Position numbers and translations under genes: made by a program. Under the pieces are notes generated by a model. It made no database searches. It saw nothing but the letters and a program-made list of their open reading frames with translations, and was not told the origin of the DNA. A DNA stretch of 63,999 nucleotides, counting the filler, from Jimgerdemannia flammicorona (lineage: Eukaryota): NCBI GenBank assembly GCA_003990765.1. It is 3 parts of 3 records of this genome, joined end to end, with 100 filler letters (N's around TTAATTAATTAA, not from the genome) between each part and the next. Parts side by side here need not be neighbours in the genome. Positions count along the whole stretch, not along the records: positions 1 to 21,553 come from RBNJ01001428.1; 2 more parts are not named here. The stretch is one strand, 5' to 3'. Every line of letters begins with the position of its first letter. Positions within the stretch are counted from its first letter, which is position 1. Shown here one piece after another: positions 1 to 11,495 of the stretch.

Positions 1-420
1 CAATCAATTATCCAGGTCAAGCTGCTTTCACCCTGGGCACAGCCACCTCTTGCACAAACAGAAGGATCAGTTGGTTATGACCTCTGCCTCCCCTACCAAG
101 CAAGAATCTGACCCAGAAGTACCAGGACTTTTGACCTACAGATCACACTCACTATACCACCTGGGCATTATAGATAATTGGCCTCAAGATCCTCATTGGC
201 AACCAAAGGAGTCACAGTAGAAGGAGGAGTCATTGATCAGGACTACCGAGGTCCCTTGAATGCTATTATCTGCAATTCTAGTAGAACTAGCCAATTCTTC
301 AGTCCTATGGAAGCCATCTGCCAAATCCTGTTTATCAAGATATCACAGCCAACCATCCAAGAGGTAGACCAACTAGAAGATACCAACAGAGGACAAGGAG
401 GCTTTGGAAGCACCAATAGA
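1..420 (+). pseudogene. Retroelement-encoded trimeric dUTPase domain (two in-frame stops)
   Basis: Frame 1 shows all five dUTPase motifs: SVGYDL, ASRSSL, GGVIDQDYRG, AICQIL, RGQGGFGST. Confidence 0.95.
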
Positions 421-780
421 AATCTATGGACACCACCTATCGAGGTTCATCTAGCAACAGTTGCTCAATTCCGACAAATAAGACCTCACATCTGCCACCC
501 AATCCAAGCAAAAGAAGACATTCTCCTGCAGCCCTACCAGCAAAAAGGCCTAGATGTGCACCTACTAGTAGAAGCAAACAACTTAATATTTGCACTATCA
601 CTGGAGCTTCAAAAGGAATACCACATCCTCCTGGCTAAAGAACGAATTCATGACCAGATGTCACCGATCCACATCCCTATCAGAAACTCAGACTTTGAAG
701 TAATAACTATCCCCAAGGGAACAACACTGGGATATTTCGAACCACTGATAGATACCTATGAGGAAGAAGTCTTCGAATTC
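421..780 (+). other. Second, degenerate dUTPase-like segment in the same frame
   Basis: EDILLQPYQQKGLDVHL...IHIPIRNSDFEVITIPKGTTLGYF follows the dUTPase beta-strand pattern but lacks the catalytic motifs. Confidence 0.45.
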
Positions 781-849
781 TTAGGAAACGGCAAGCCCTC
801 TCCGGTGAGACTAATGGTACCAGGGAGGAAGACTCAGCAAATTCAGCAA

Positions 850-2260
850 TCAAAGCCATTGACATCGAGACAACTCTAACCAAGGACCAGCAACAACAAA
901 TACAGGAGTTGATAGAGGAGTACAAAGATATATTTACCACTACATATGATAACTTCCCACCATATCAATATGGAGAATACCCTATACATACTGGAAATGC
1001 AAGACTGATCTGACAACGATCCTACCAAACACCACATCATCTGATTGAATTCGAACAATAACACATAGATGAAATGCTATGAAATGGAGTCATCAGACCA
1101 TCATCAAGCCTCTGGGCTTCACCAGCAATCATAGTACCAAAGAAAGGAGGATGGAGATTAGTCATGGATTTCAGAAAACTCAACAAAGTCACCACAGAAG
1201 ATGCCTACCCACTGCCAAGAATTGATGACCTCATCAATGCTCTCGGAAAAGCCAAGTACATGACCACTACCGACCAGTTCCAAGGATTCCAAGTAATACC
1301 CATTGCCAAAGAAGATATCTGCAAGATGGCCTTCATCACCAGACGAGGACAGTATGAATACCTATGAATGCCCTTTGGACTCTGCAATGCACCCACCTCA
1401 TTCTAACGAATGATGAACTATGTCTACTGGGACCTCATTGGAAGAAATGTACTAGTGTACATAGATGATGTAATCATCTACTCTGAGACATTCAAGCAGC
1501 ATTTGCAAGACCTTCGCAAAGTATTCAATACCATTCGAAATTCAGGACTCAGACTCAATGCCAAGAAGTGCTTCTTTGGAAAACATCAAGTCGAATATTT
1601 GGGATATGTTGTCTCAGCCCAAGGAACACATGCCGACCCCCGTAAGGTGGAGAAAGTCAAGAACTACCCAACCCCGACCTCAGCAAAGGAGACCCTATCT
1701 TTTCTTATGCTGGCATCCTACTATCGATGATTCATCCCAAGGTTTCCAGATAAGGCAGCACCTCTCCGAGATATCTCCAAGAAGGACCAACCATTCTACT
1801 GGAAAGAAGAACAACAAAAGTCATTCGATCTACTCAAGAAGGCTCTTACCGAAGCCCCTGTCCTGGTGTGACCAGACTTTGGCAAACCATTCATCCTGGC
1901 AACTGATGCCTCAGCCTTAGGACTTGGATCAATTCTGTCTCAGCAAGATGACCAGAAAAGGGAGCACGTTATCGAATATGCTAGCAAGGTCACAAATGAA
2001 ACACAAGCAAATTATGGAGCCACTAAGTTGGAATGCCTAGCAGTAGTTTGGGCTGTAGACCACTTCTGACACTATCTCTTGGGAAAGAGATTCGCCCTCA
2101 TCACTGACCATCAAGCCCTACAATGGTTGTTCAACAAGCCGGAGCCCTCAGGAATCTTTGCTAGATAGATCATGTCTCTGCAAGAATATCAGTTCACTAT
2201 TGTCTACAAGAAAGGTGCTAAAACTTCCAATGTCAATACCCTGTCAAGAATCCCGCAAAA
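850..2260 (+). pseudogene. pol: Gypsy reverse transcriptase + RNase H
   Basis: MDFRKLNKVT, DAYPLPRIDDL, MPFGLCNAP, VYIDDVIIYS, KKCFFG..VEYLGY, LATDASALGLG, TDHQALQWL; scattered CGA>TGA and CAA>TAA stops. Confidence 0.95.
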
Positions 2261-2314
2261 CCAACAAGAAGGGAAGGAGCCCCCATAAGAGAAGGCTGCT
2301 TCCCACCCACCCAA

Positions 2315-3534
2315 ATGAACCAAGAATTGTGCCTCGCCCTCACCTGGAGTCTGCACCACAGAAGCTTCAAGAAAGGAATCCAACCAGCCCACAAGTTGTT
2401 TATCCAAAGGAATTTTAAGAAATTCCAAGAAGGCAATGGCGAACTTTGGAGAGTAGAAGGAGAGCAGTATACCCAAGTTCCAAGAGAAGAAGAAATATTG
2501 AAGATCCTGATAACAAATCATGACCAAAATGCACACCGAGGAATTGGCACCACAATTGCAAGAATCAAGAAGCGATACTGGTGGCCCAAGATGAGAAAAC
2601 AAATTTCAATGCACATTCAACAATGTGATACCTGCCAAAGATACCGACAAAAGCCTACTGATAGAGTACCATTAATACTGATTGCAGCACCAGCTGGAGC
2701 CTTTCAAAGGCTGGGAATAGACATTATTGGACCCCTACCAGTAATTGGCTGAGGAAGACGCTACATCCTCACTATCGAAAACCACCTGACAAAATGGCCT
2801 GAAGCCTTTGCCATTGAGACTGCTGATGTCCAGACAATTATTGGGATCCTGTATGATGAAATTTTCAACTGCCATGGTGTGCCCAAGGAAATCATTACAG
2901 ACCAAGGCCAAGAATTCGTCAACCAAGCCATAAAGACCTTTGTGAGCAACTTCAAGATCAAGCTACGACCAACAACAGCCTACCACCCATAGGCAAATAG
3001 ACTCACTGAACGAATGAACCAGACCATCAAGCAAGGTCTCAGTAGAACCGGAGATCAACTAAACTGAGATATTTATCTACCGGCAATTCTGTTCAGCATC
3101 TGTACCTCTAAGGCAAGCACTACCCAACAGACCCCCTTCTATCTGGTGTATGGCCAAGAAGCACATGATCCTACTGAACCAGTCCAGCTAGATCTGTCAA
3201 AATGAGTCATAGAAGAGATCACCTAGTTATACAACATATGCCAGCAAGTACAAGGATTTATTGCCAAGGCACAAGAACGACAAAAGAGGTACTATAACTG
3301 CAAAGCTGACCTCGAACCCCTGCTCATTGGACAAAAGGTTCTGGTGTATCATACTATCATAGAAGGAAATTAGAGTACCAAGCTTGAACCAAAATGAGAA
3401 GGCCCCTATCTCATACACTAAGTATTCTTGAACCACACTTATCAACTCAAGACCTTGGATGGAGTTATACTCAAGACCAAGATACACTACAACTGCATAA
3501 GACTCTACTACTCAAGAGAAGCAAAACACATTTG
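2315..3534 (+). pseudogene. Gypsy integrase (HHCC zinc finger, DDE core, GPY/F tail)
   Basis: HDQNAH...CDTCQR, GIDIIGPLP, ITDQGQEF, TERMNQTIK, EGPYLI; no chromodomain visible. Confidence 0.93.
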
Positions 3535-3848
3535 AACAATCTTGTTCACTCTATCTGTATCGTCTCTGCTGGAGATACGACAGACGTTTTACTAGAAACT
3601 CAAGAAAGCCAACAATGTTGGAACCAGACTCAAGCCCATCCACATAACAGACATTGTTACTAAGAAATTGCCTCAGATTACAAGAAATACTATTTCCGAT
3701 GGGTTCAAACCCCCAGCCGTGACTATGGGAGCCCTCGCCCTAGACAAGGATGGCCAGACCTCATAAATGCACCAACATTCTACTCATCCCTAGAATTAAG
3801 ATTACCCAACTCTGTATAACCCTCACCGCCAAGGACAGCTCTTATTTT

Positions 3849-3860
3849 GCAAGGGACAGA
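3849..3860 (+). promoter_or_regulatory. Polypurine tract
   Basis: GCAAGGGACAGA immediately before TGTGATGT; homologous sequence at ~45381-45397. Confidence 0.6.
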
Positions 3861-4001
3861 TGTGATGTCTACAATTGACCCTGTCCAAATTCAGAGTATC
3901 CTGTGACTACAAGATCAGATGACATTATGGTGCAATAACTGGTGACCAGCCCAATCCATCAAATGATTTTACCAAAAGAAGACAAGATGATCTAAGCCAA
4001 A

Positions 4002-4949
4002 ATGAAGACCATGTTATTTAAGGAACCATACTCCGCCTCAGGGATCGGCACCAAAGAACCAAGTACCCACCACACAATACCTCCCATTCGCCAATCCAAC
4101 CAGACCTCCCGCCGCTCTACCCCTTTGCCTGACCCAAAGACCCTGATCTTTGAAGCTATCAAGAAGGCCATCTGGCACCCAGATACTTCCGAACACTTGA
4201 ACTTCTACACCGAGGACCTTGGATACTTCATTAACTACTGGTATATAATGACCCAACAGCTCAAAGATACTACCGAATGAATGACCCTCTGGCATGACTA
4301 CAAAATCGGACACTGCCTTTGCAATGAGACTCAAGAAGATGACTGGGAAGACCTCATTATCGAAATATTAACCACCAGCCAGCTAATCAAGAGAACCCTC
4401 CGTGTCTACCAAATCTTCCACCATATTTCCTGGGCTATAGTACACCTACAAGGAGTGACTGCTGGAAGTCTCGCCTGCCTCTCAACTGAAGATGCAGACT
4501 GGATAGAATCAGAAGTAGCTAACTCTATTGGCAGTAACCAGGTTGCCATAGGAAGCCAACAAACCGAGCCTACTCAACCAGGCTTTCACACTACTCCACT
4601 CCGAGACAACCATCAAGGTCACCTAATGAGTCTCAAAGGACCACCCATTACTATTACAACACCTGTTGGAGCAACCCCAACTACTCACCACCCTGTCAGC
4701 TACAATTCACACCTCATCATTTGGGAACCAAATTAAGAAGTTCCAGAAGTCCCTACCAATACAGAAACTGAAGGATCTGAGGAAGAAGAAGAGGAGGAAC
4801 AAAGAATCTACCAATCCTCTGTCCGCCTTCAAGCAGTCCAAGGGTTGGAGAATGTTGTCAAAGATGATTGGCCACAATTCTACCCCCTCACCTCCTGGCC
4901 GGCACTCCTACTCTTTGAAGAATGGGATGAAGAAGTCACAACCCAGTAA
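4002..4949 (+). pseudogene. LTR(U3)-encoded ORF of unknown function, family B (~315 codons, two C>T-type stops)
   Basis: ORFs 4002-4280 and 4281-4736 plus an acidic tail to TAA 4947-4949 are one frame. Aligns by eye with 47516-48490 (WHDYKIGHCLCNE vs WQEYKIGNLLCQE; VYQIFHHISWAI vs IHQIFRHAPWSI). Confidence 0.8.
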
Positions 4950-5336
4950 GATGATTGAATCACTGATGAAGGGTACTTTACCATTCAGTGATCCCACATC
5001 CATTTCCTCAGTCCAGTCAGCCAATATTTGTCAGCAAGTCAGCAACACCCGTTTTCAGCGATACCACCCACAATATCCATATCCAGCACTAGCACTCATC
5101 TTATCCCAATTTGGCACAAACAATTGTCACACCCGTTTTCAGTGTTGCCACCCTCCACAACCATTTCTGGCAACAATCAGCATTCATGTCTGCTCATCCG
5201 AATCCAGCATTGCTATCCCCTACAACCCAATCTGTAGTAAACAATAGCCTGCACCTCGCATCATGCAAGCTAATAGCATAGCGAATGTTCGCCACAATGT
5301 AGTATACCTTAGCTGCATCCATAGCTAGCAAACTTG

Positions 5337-5375
5337 TATAAATAACCCATATTCTTAGAGTGAATAAACCTCAGT
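5337..5375 (+). promoter_or_regulatory. LTR core: TATA box, poly(A) signal, putative initiator
   Basis: TATAAATA 5337, AATAAA 5363, TCAGT 5371; same layout in other LTRs of the window. Confidence 0.7.
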
Positions 5376-8284
5376 CAACTGGTTTTGAGAAATAACCACT
5401 GCCTCCAAGAGACCAGATAAATTCTGAGAACAAGATAACTAGAGCAATGATCACTCGAGGTTTGAGTTAAAGAATTTTCTCTTGCCATGGAAAGAAAACA
5501 TTACCTGACTACTGCCATTCAACCACCATTCGAGACCCGAGACCCAGCCAAGGATTCAAAACCATGACTGCCATGCATTCAGACTGCCATTCAGACCGTG
5601 CATTCGACCACCATTTGAGATCCAAGACCCAGAAACCCAAGGATACCCAGCCAAAGGATACCAGACTGCCAAAGACCGACCCGCCAGCCTACATGAATGA
5701 CCGCCTAGAACCTTTCAAGTTAACAAGTCAAGATGGACGAGCAAGCCATCAACCTCCGTTTTCCTGACCTACTGCGCCATGAACCACTTAAAGCCAAGCC
5801 CATCATCACTGCATAAATTCAAGTTCACTGCTAAGTTAATTGCCACCAAGAATGCCCTTTTCCACTGAATATTGAGCTATTGAACAATCGAATGACCTCC
5901 CCATTGAACAATCAAAGTCCTGCTATTATCAATTATTGCATGTTTTGAACAACCCGATCATGTGACCACCGACCCGCAACCATCGCAAATATACTCAGTC
6001 ATATACCGCATGCTTTACCAAGTGACACATTGAGCCATGCCAGAAGCAACTAGGGATACAAACTGCACACCACAATATATTCAAAGAATACAACTATGAA
6101 TAATTCACATGACAACAAAAGACTAATAATAGCTTTGAAATATAGAAATCTTTATATATACAATCAATAGTATATCAAATAGTATAAAAGTCTTTACTTA
6201 TATAATAACTATATCTGATACATCTAACACATAACATTAATACTTAGGATATATTGGTAAGATGAGCCTCAAATATATGATAAGAAGTGGTATAGTAAAA
6301 GGATTGCCAGTATATATACATCTAGAGAATAGTTTTTGTGAGATATATATAGAAAACAAAGCCTCCTAGTAATTATTCAAAGAATGACTGAAGTGTGCCT
6401 TAGAGACTCTCAATCTAATCTATATAGATATATGTGGCCTGATATATACTCCATTATATTCTAGCAAAAGATACTTCTGATATTTATTAATGATCATACA
6501 TATGTATAAGATATATATATATATTTTCTATTGATAAAGAGTAAAGTCTTGAAGAAATTCAAAGAATTCAAAGCAATTACTGAGAATGAAACAAGATATA
6601 GAATATATACTATACACTTAGATAATAGATATAAATATATCAATAATATATTTAGAGAATTCCTGATGAAACATAGCATAAACCATCAAATGATAGCTTC
6701 TTATATATCTCAGCAAAACAGTATGGCTGAGTGATTTAACCATATGATTATTGAAATAACTTGAACAATGATTAATATAGCAACTAGACTAGGATATTCT
6801 TATTAGGCTGAAGCTATCAATATGGTAGTATATATCTACAACTGATGCATATCTTGATTGCTTAGTAAGGATTCTAGTAACAATAAGTATTTCAGAGATA
6901 ATAATCTTACCTTTAAAGAATTATAGAGTAGAATGAAGCCAGATGTATCATACTTACAAATATTCAGATATAAAGCATATATCTTTGACAAAAGTAACAC
7001 AATTTAGTATAAATTTGAGCTTAAGATAAGTAAGCATATATTTCTTAGATATTCTGATAAAGCATATAGACTATGAGATCTATACAAGTAGTATATAGTC
7101 ATTTTGCATAATATATAGTTTAGAGAAAAAGGCTTAGAGATCTATATAGAAGTATTGATTGAAATAAGCTCTATATTCCAGCCAGTATAAATGTAGTAAC
7201 CAGCACAACTGTCATCTATCTCTCCAGTGGTCAATTAGAACTATTTTCAACTACTATATGTATCTAAGTCTGAGCCAGAGTTGGCTGAGCTAAGAATAAT
7301 AGAGATCAAGGATGAAGATGACAGTGAGTCTAATGATAAGAGATTTTTTACAAGGAGTAAGTAAAAGTACTCCAATGTTTGCTAAGAAACTCATTCTGAT
7401 TTAGGAAATTATTAGGATATACCAGTAAGCTCTAAATAATAACAACATTAAGACTACATGAGCTATACCAAAGCATATAAATGTACATATATTGCAACAT
7501 CTTCCAGTAAGCTAAGAATATACAATAAAGCTAAGGAGGAAGAAGGCTCAGCGGGAGCCAAGGGAGTGAACCCAGAGCCAGTGTCAAAGCAAACAGAAGA
7601 TATGTGGAAAGGTATATATAAGGGGGATGAACAAAGAACATAACCAAAAATGCATCAACCATTTATTGCCACATAAAAACATAGTCCTTATATACAAAAT
7701 ATGATGTCCCAAAAGGGAGGACACACCACAACTCGGGGCAAACCGAATTAGGAACCACATGACCACTGGAGATAGGTGGAGATAAAGGGGGAGCCAATCC
7801 CAGTTGTAGGATAAAAATCACAAACAAACACAAATAAAACAAATCCAAATTAAGATTAAAAAACATCCTTGCCCCCTCCAGAGTCTCACACTTGCTCTGG
7901 GGTCTCAGCCTTACTCCACTCCCCTCTGCTACCTTTGGCCCCTCACTTTACTTGGGCTCACTGCAGCTTGCTCCATTTCAGCCTCACCTCTCGCTCATAC
8001 TCACTCCTCCGGGGTCTGTGGATGTTTTTTAATCTCGATTTAGATTTGTTTTGTTGGTATTTATTTGTGATTTTTATCCTGCAACTGGGATTAGCTCCCC
8101 CTTTATCTCTGCTTATCTCTGATGGTCATGTGGTTCCTAATTCGGTTCGCCCCGAGTTGTAGTGCATTCTCCCTTTTGGGACATCATATTTTGTATATAA
8201 GGACCGTGTTTTTATGTGGCAATAAATGGCTGATGTATTTTCGGTTATATTCTTTATTTATCCTCCTTATACACACCTTTCCAC

Positions 8285-9502
8285 ATGTCTTCCGTTCACT
8301 TTGACACTGGCTCTGGGTTTGCTCCCTTGGCTCCCACTGGGCCTTCTTTCTCCTCTGTTGTACCACCTGCCCTTGGGGCCTCCATCCTTATTGATGAGCT
8401 TATGGATGAGGTTTTTCCTCCTCCTCCTCCTCCTGCCTTCACCCCTACCACTATCTCATTTGAGACCTATGTCTCATCTGCTATCCTTTCCCTTCCCTTG
8501 GACCTTCATCCCTCTGGTTGTCCACTCCTCACCCAGTTTTGGTTGGTTCTTACCCTCTCTGCTAAGGAGGCTCGTCTCTACCATAATGTTGACATCATTG
8601 CTCCACCTGCCATCTGCTACTCCATTCTCCCTGAGGCCTGCCACCAAGCCCTCTCTGAAGAGGTTCATACCACCACTGCTGCTGCCAAGCTTGCCACTGC
8701 TGATGCTGCTGCTGCTTCCACCACCACCACTTTCACCTCCTTCCACTATGTCTGTGCCACCTTCATGGCCTTCACCTCCTCTCACCTTTTGGATGCTGCC
8801 CCCTTCTGTGGCTTTGCCATCTAAGATGTTCCTTCTGTCACTGCTAATATTGATGCTGTATGTCATTTCCTCCTCACTGGCACCTCCTTTGTTGCTTGCC
8901 TTTACGAGCAGGAGACATCATGTGCTGCCACTGCTGCTCGCACCGCTGCCACTACTCCCCTACCCACCTCCTCTGAGGTTTCTGTCTCCAAGGCCATTTG
9001 TACCAAAGCTCACACTGCTGCTTGTGCTGAGGTCTATTCCTTTGCTACCACTACTGCCAAGGCCCCCTCCAAGACCCCCACCAAGACCCCTGCCAAGCCC
9101 AACCAGGCTTTGTCAGCCTCTTCCTGGTCTCCCTTCCCCACCAAGACTTCCTCCTCCATTCCCCCTGCCCCCAAGCATGGCCACCAACTTGGTTCTCACT
9201 CTGTTGGGGCCTGGCCTTATGCTGTCTGCTCTGGTTGCCTCCACTATGCCTACTGGCACCTGGCCAAGTCTATCTGTCCTCATGGTGGTGTTCCTCACAC
9301 TGCTGCCTCTTTGGCTGCTCACTCGCCTTCGGCCTCCTCTGCTGGTTCCTCCTCTACCTCCTCCACCCATGTCCCCAAATGTAAAGGCTGCATGAAAGCC
9401 TGTGGCCACAAGGTCTGGCACTCTGATGGGGTGTGCTCCCATTCATCAGGCTCACCACCTTCAAAAAAAGTCAGAGGGAAGGGGAAGGCCTCCCACTCTT
9501 AA
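8285..9502 (+). pseudogene. PLE ORF1 (~405 codons, one CAA>TAA-type stop at 8822) with two Cys/His knuckle-like motifs and a basic C-terminus
   Basis: ORFs 8285-8824 and 9110-9502 are in frame; CSGC..WH..C, CKGC..WH..C, PPSKKVRGKGK; TATATAA at ~8194 upstream of the ATG. Confidence 0.7.
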
Positions 9503-9515
9503 ACTTCTCCCCGGC

Positions 9516-11495
9516 ATGGTTCTCCCCTGGTGTCCCTATCCCTTCTTGGATTCTGTTGTCACTTCTGGTGTACCCTGAGTGGTTCCTCACTTTGTCTTTC
9601 CCAGTTGCTCATCCTGAACTTTCGGATTTACTCTTCTCTTAGGACTCTTTTGTCTCCTCCTTTTTCTCCAGCTGACTCCCCTTCAAGTCTTTACCTTATC
9701 TTTAGGTCCTCACTTCATTTTTCCTGTGACTCCCTCACAATTCTCTTTCACTGATCTGGCTCATCTCACATATTTTTGTCATGCTCTTGACCTTGCCATT
9801 TTCTTTCAAGATCATAGTGAGATGCCCTCTCACTATTTTGTTCCTAGCGATTGGGTCCCCCCTCCTAATGTCTCTTTACACTGCATATTCCTCAATATGG
9901 CCTGCTCGCTGTCTGTTCCCAGACATGCTTGCTCTTGCTTAGTTTTGGACCATGCCATGTGTACCACACTTAAATTGGTCAAGCAATTGTCCATACATTT
10001 GCTCATAGCTACTGATAAGAATCAGGGTTTTGCACTTATTCCTAAGTCACTCTACCTTGATGGCCTTTCTGCCCTCCTCCGAGCCATGACTTACAAGCCT
10101 AGTGCTCTTGGATTGGATGAGATTCTCACTCTTCTTTGGATTTCTCTGGCTTGCACCAGATTACCTTTGGACTCTCCATTCGCAAACTCCATTTTCAACT
10201 TCTTCCAGGACTCTTTGTCCTCTCCAGATATTTCTCTTCTAGTTTTCTATGCTCTTCCTAAAGTTCATAAGCCTATTTTGGCTTAGTGTCCCATTACGGC
10301 TACTTACAGTTCACCTACTACTGAGATTTCAAAGTGGTTATTCTGCTTTTTCCTCTTCTAGATGGCTCTCTTACAACACCGTCTTGGGCCTGAGTATACT
10401 ATTCTTTATGATACTCAGGAGCTTGCCCTTCTCTGCTCCACCATTGTGCCTGTTCACCATTTTTCCCATTTGGCCTCTGGTGATTTCTCCTCTTTTTATA
10501 CTGCTATTCATTTTGATGAGATTGATGATTGCCTTTGCTTCTTGGGTTCCATTGTTTTTCCTTTAGATTCTCTGGTTTCACTGGCTTCTATTGTTGAGCT
10601 TATGCTCCTTGTCTGCAGCTCTAATTATTTTGAGTTGGCCCTTGGCTCCTTTAACCAGACTTCTGGTATTGCTATGGGTATGAATTGTGCCCCCATCCTT
10701 ACCAACCTCATTGGCCTGACCCATGAATTGCATGTGTTACATGATATTTCTTCACCTCTTTCCATTGCATTCTGGGCTGGGGATGTCTTCTTTCCCTGAT
10801 ACATTGATGACTTTATTGTCTTTGCTGTTGCTGGTATTGATATCCCTAGTGTATTCCTGAGCATCTACCCTCCCCACCATTCTATTATCTGGGTGTGCAG
10901 TATGACTAGTATTCCCTTTTTGGACCTTTCCATTTCTCTTTCTCCTTTCTGAACTGTTGTTTATTCCTGCTTTCCCTGTTCCCAACAGTTCCCTGACTTC
11001 TTGTCCAATCATCCTTATCACACTCTTCTTGAATGCATTCATGGTGAGACTCATCATCTTGTATTATACTGCTCCCATTGTTCTGATTGGGTGTCTGCTG
11101 TTCAGGTTCTTGGCAACTTCATGGTCCATCATCATGCCTACCCTATTTCTATCGTTTGCAATCTGCTTGCTTCTGTTGAATGGTCTGTTGTTCGCTCTTC
11201 CCTACTCTCTCCTCTTTACCCCCCCTCCCTTCCCTCCCTCTCCCCTTATCTTCTCTATACCCCCTCTTCTTTCCCACCCCTGATTCTTGTCATACCATTT
11301 GATCATACTCACTGGGTTGCTCAATGCCCTGATACTGTCCTGCACTCTTCTCTTTCATACCATAGACTTTCATCTCTTTCTTGACGCCCTCTGATTACTC
11401 GTTCACATCTTCCTTCTGTTTCTTCTTTAATCCATCACTCTCATTTTGCATTTTTGTCACCTTCTGGTACCTCCGGCTCTGCTGGAGAGGATTAA
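9516..11495 (+). pseudogene. PLE reverse transcriptase ORF2
   Basis: One frame with stops: LSLGPHF, ATDKNQG, FYALPKVHK, GDFSSFYT, NYFE..FNQTSGIAMG..AP, YIDD (10800), IPFLDL, SNHPYH; ends TAA 11493-11495 with no GIY-YIG motif. Confidence 0.9.

Larger units (their letters stand above)
1..6074 (+). mobile_element. Ty3/Gypsy LTR retrotransposon 'family B', 3' part: dUTPase - dUTPase-like - RT - RNase H - integrase - PPT - 2.2 kb LTR with ORF; inserted into a Copia element
   Basis: Domain order RT-RH-IN is Gypsy-type. PPT-LTR junction at 3860/3861. Copia sequence resumes at 6075 (ATATATTCAAAG), matching the other Copia copy at ~19091. Confidence 0.93.
3861..6074 (+). repeat. 3' LTR of family B (2214 bp)
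   Basis: Starts TGTGATGT after the PPT and ends ACACCACA (7/8 inverted match); contains the TATA/AATAAA/TCAGT core; followed by ATAT and Copia sequence. Confidence 0.8.

Noticed and set aside
178..879. Cellular dUTPase (DUT1) gene
   Set aside because: Embedded in a pol polyprotein region next to RT and carries TE-type stops.
8226..9395. 389-aa Leu/Pro-rich ORF
   Set aside because: Shadow frame of the C/T-rich PLE ORF1; the 8285 frame has the ATG after the TATA and the Cys/His motifs.
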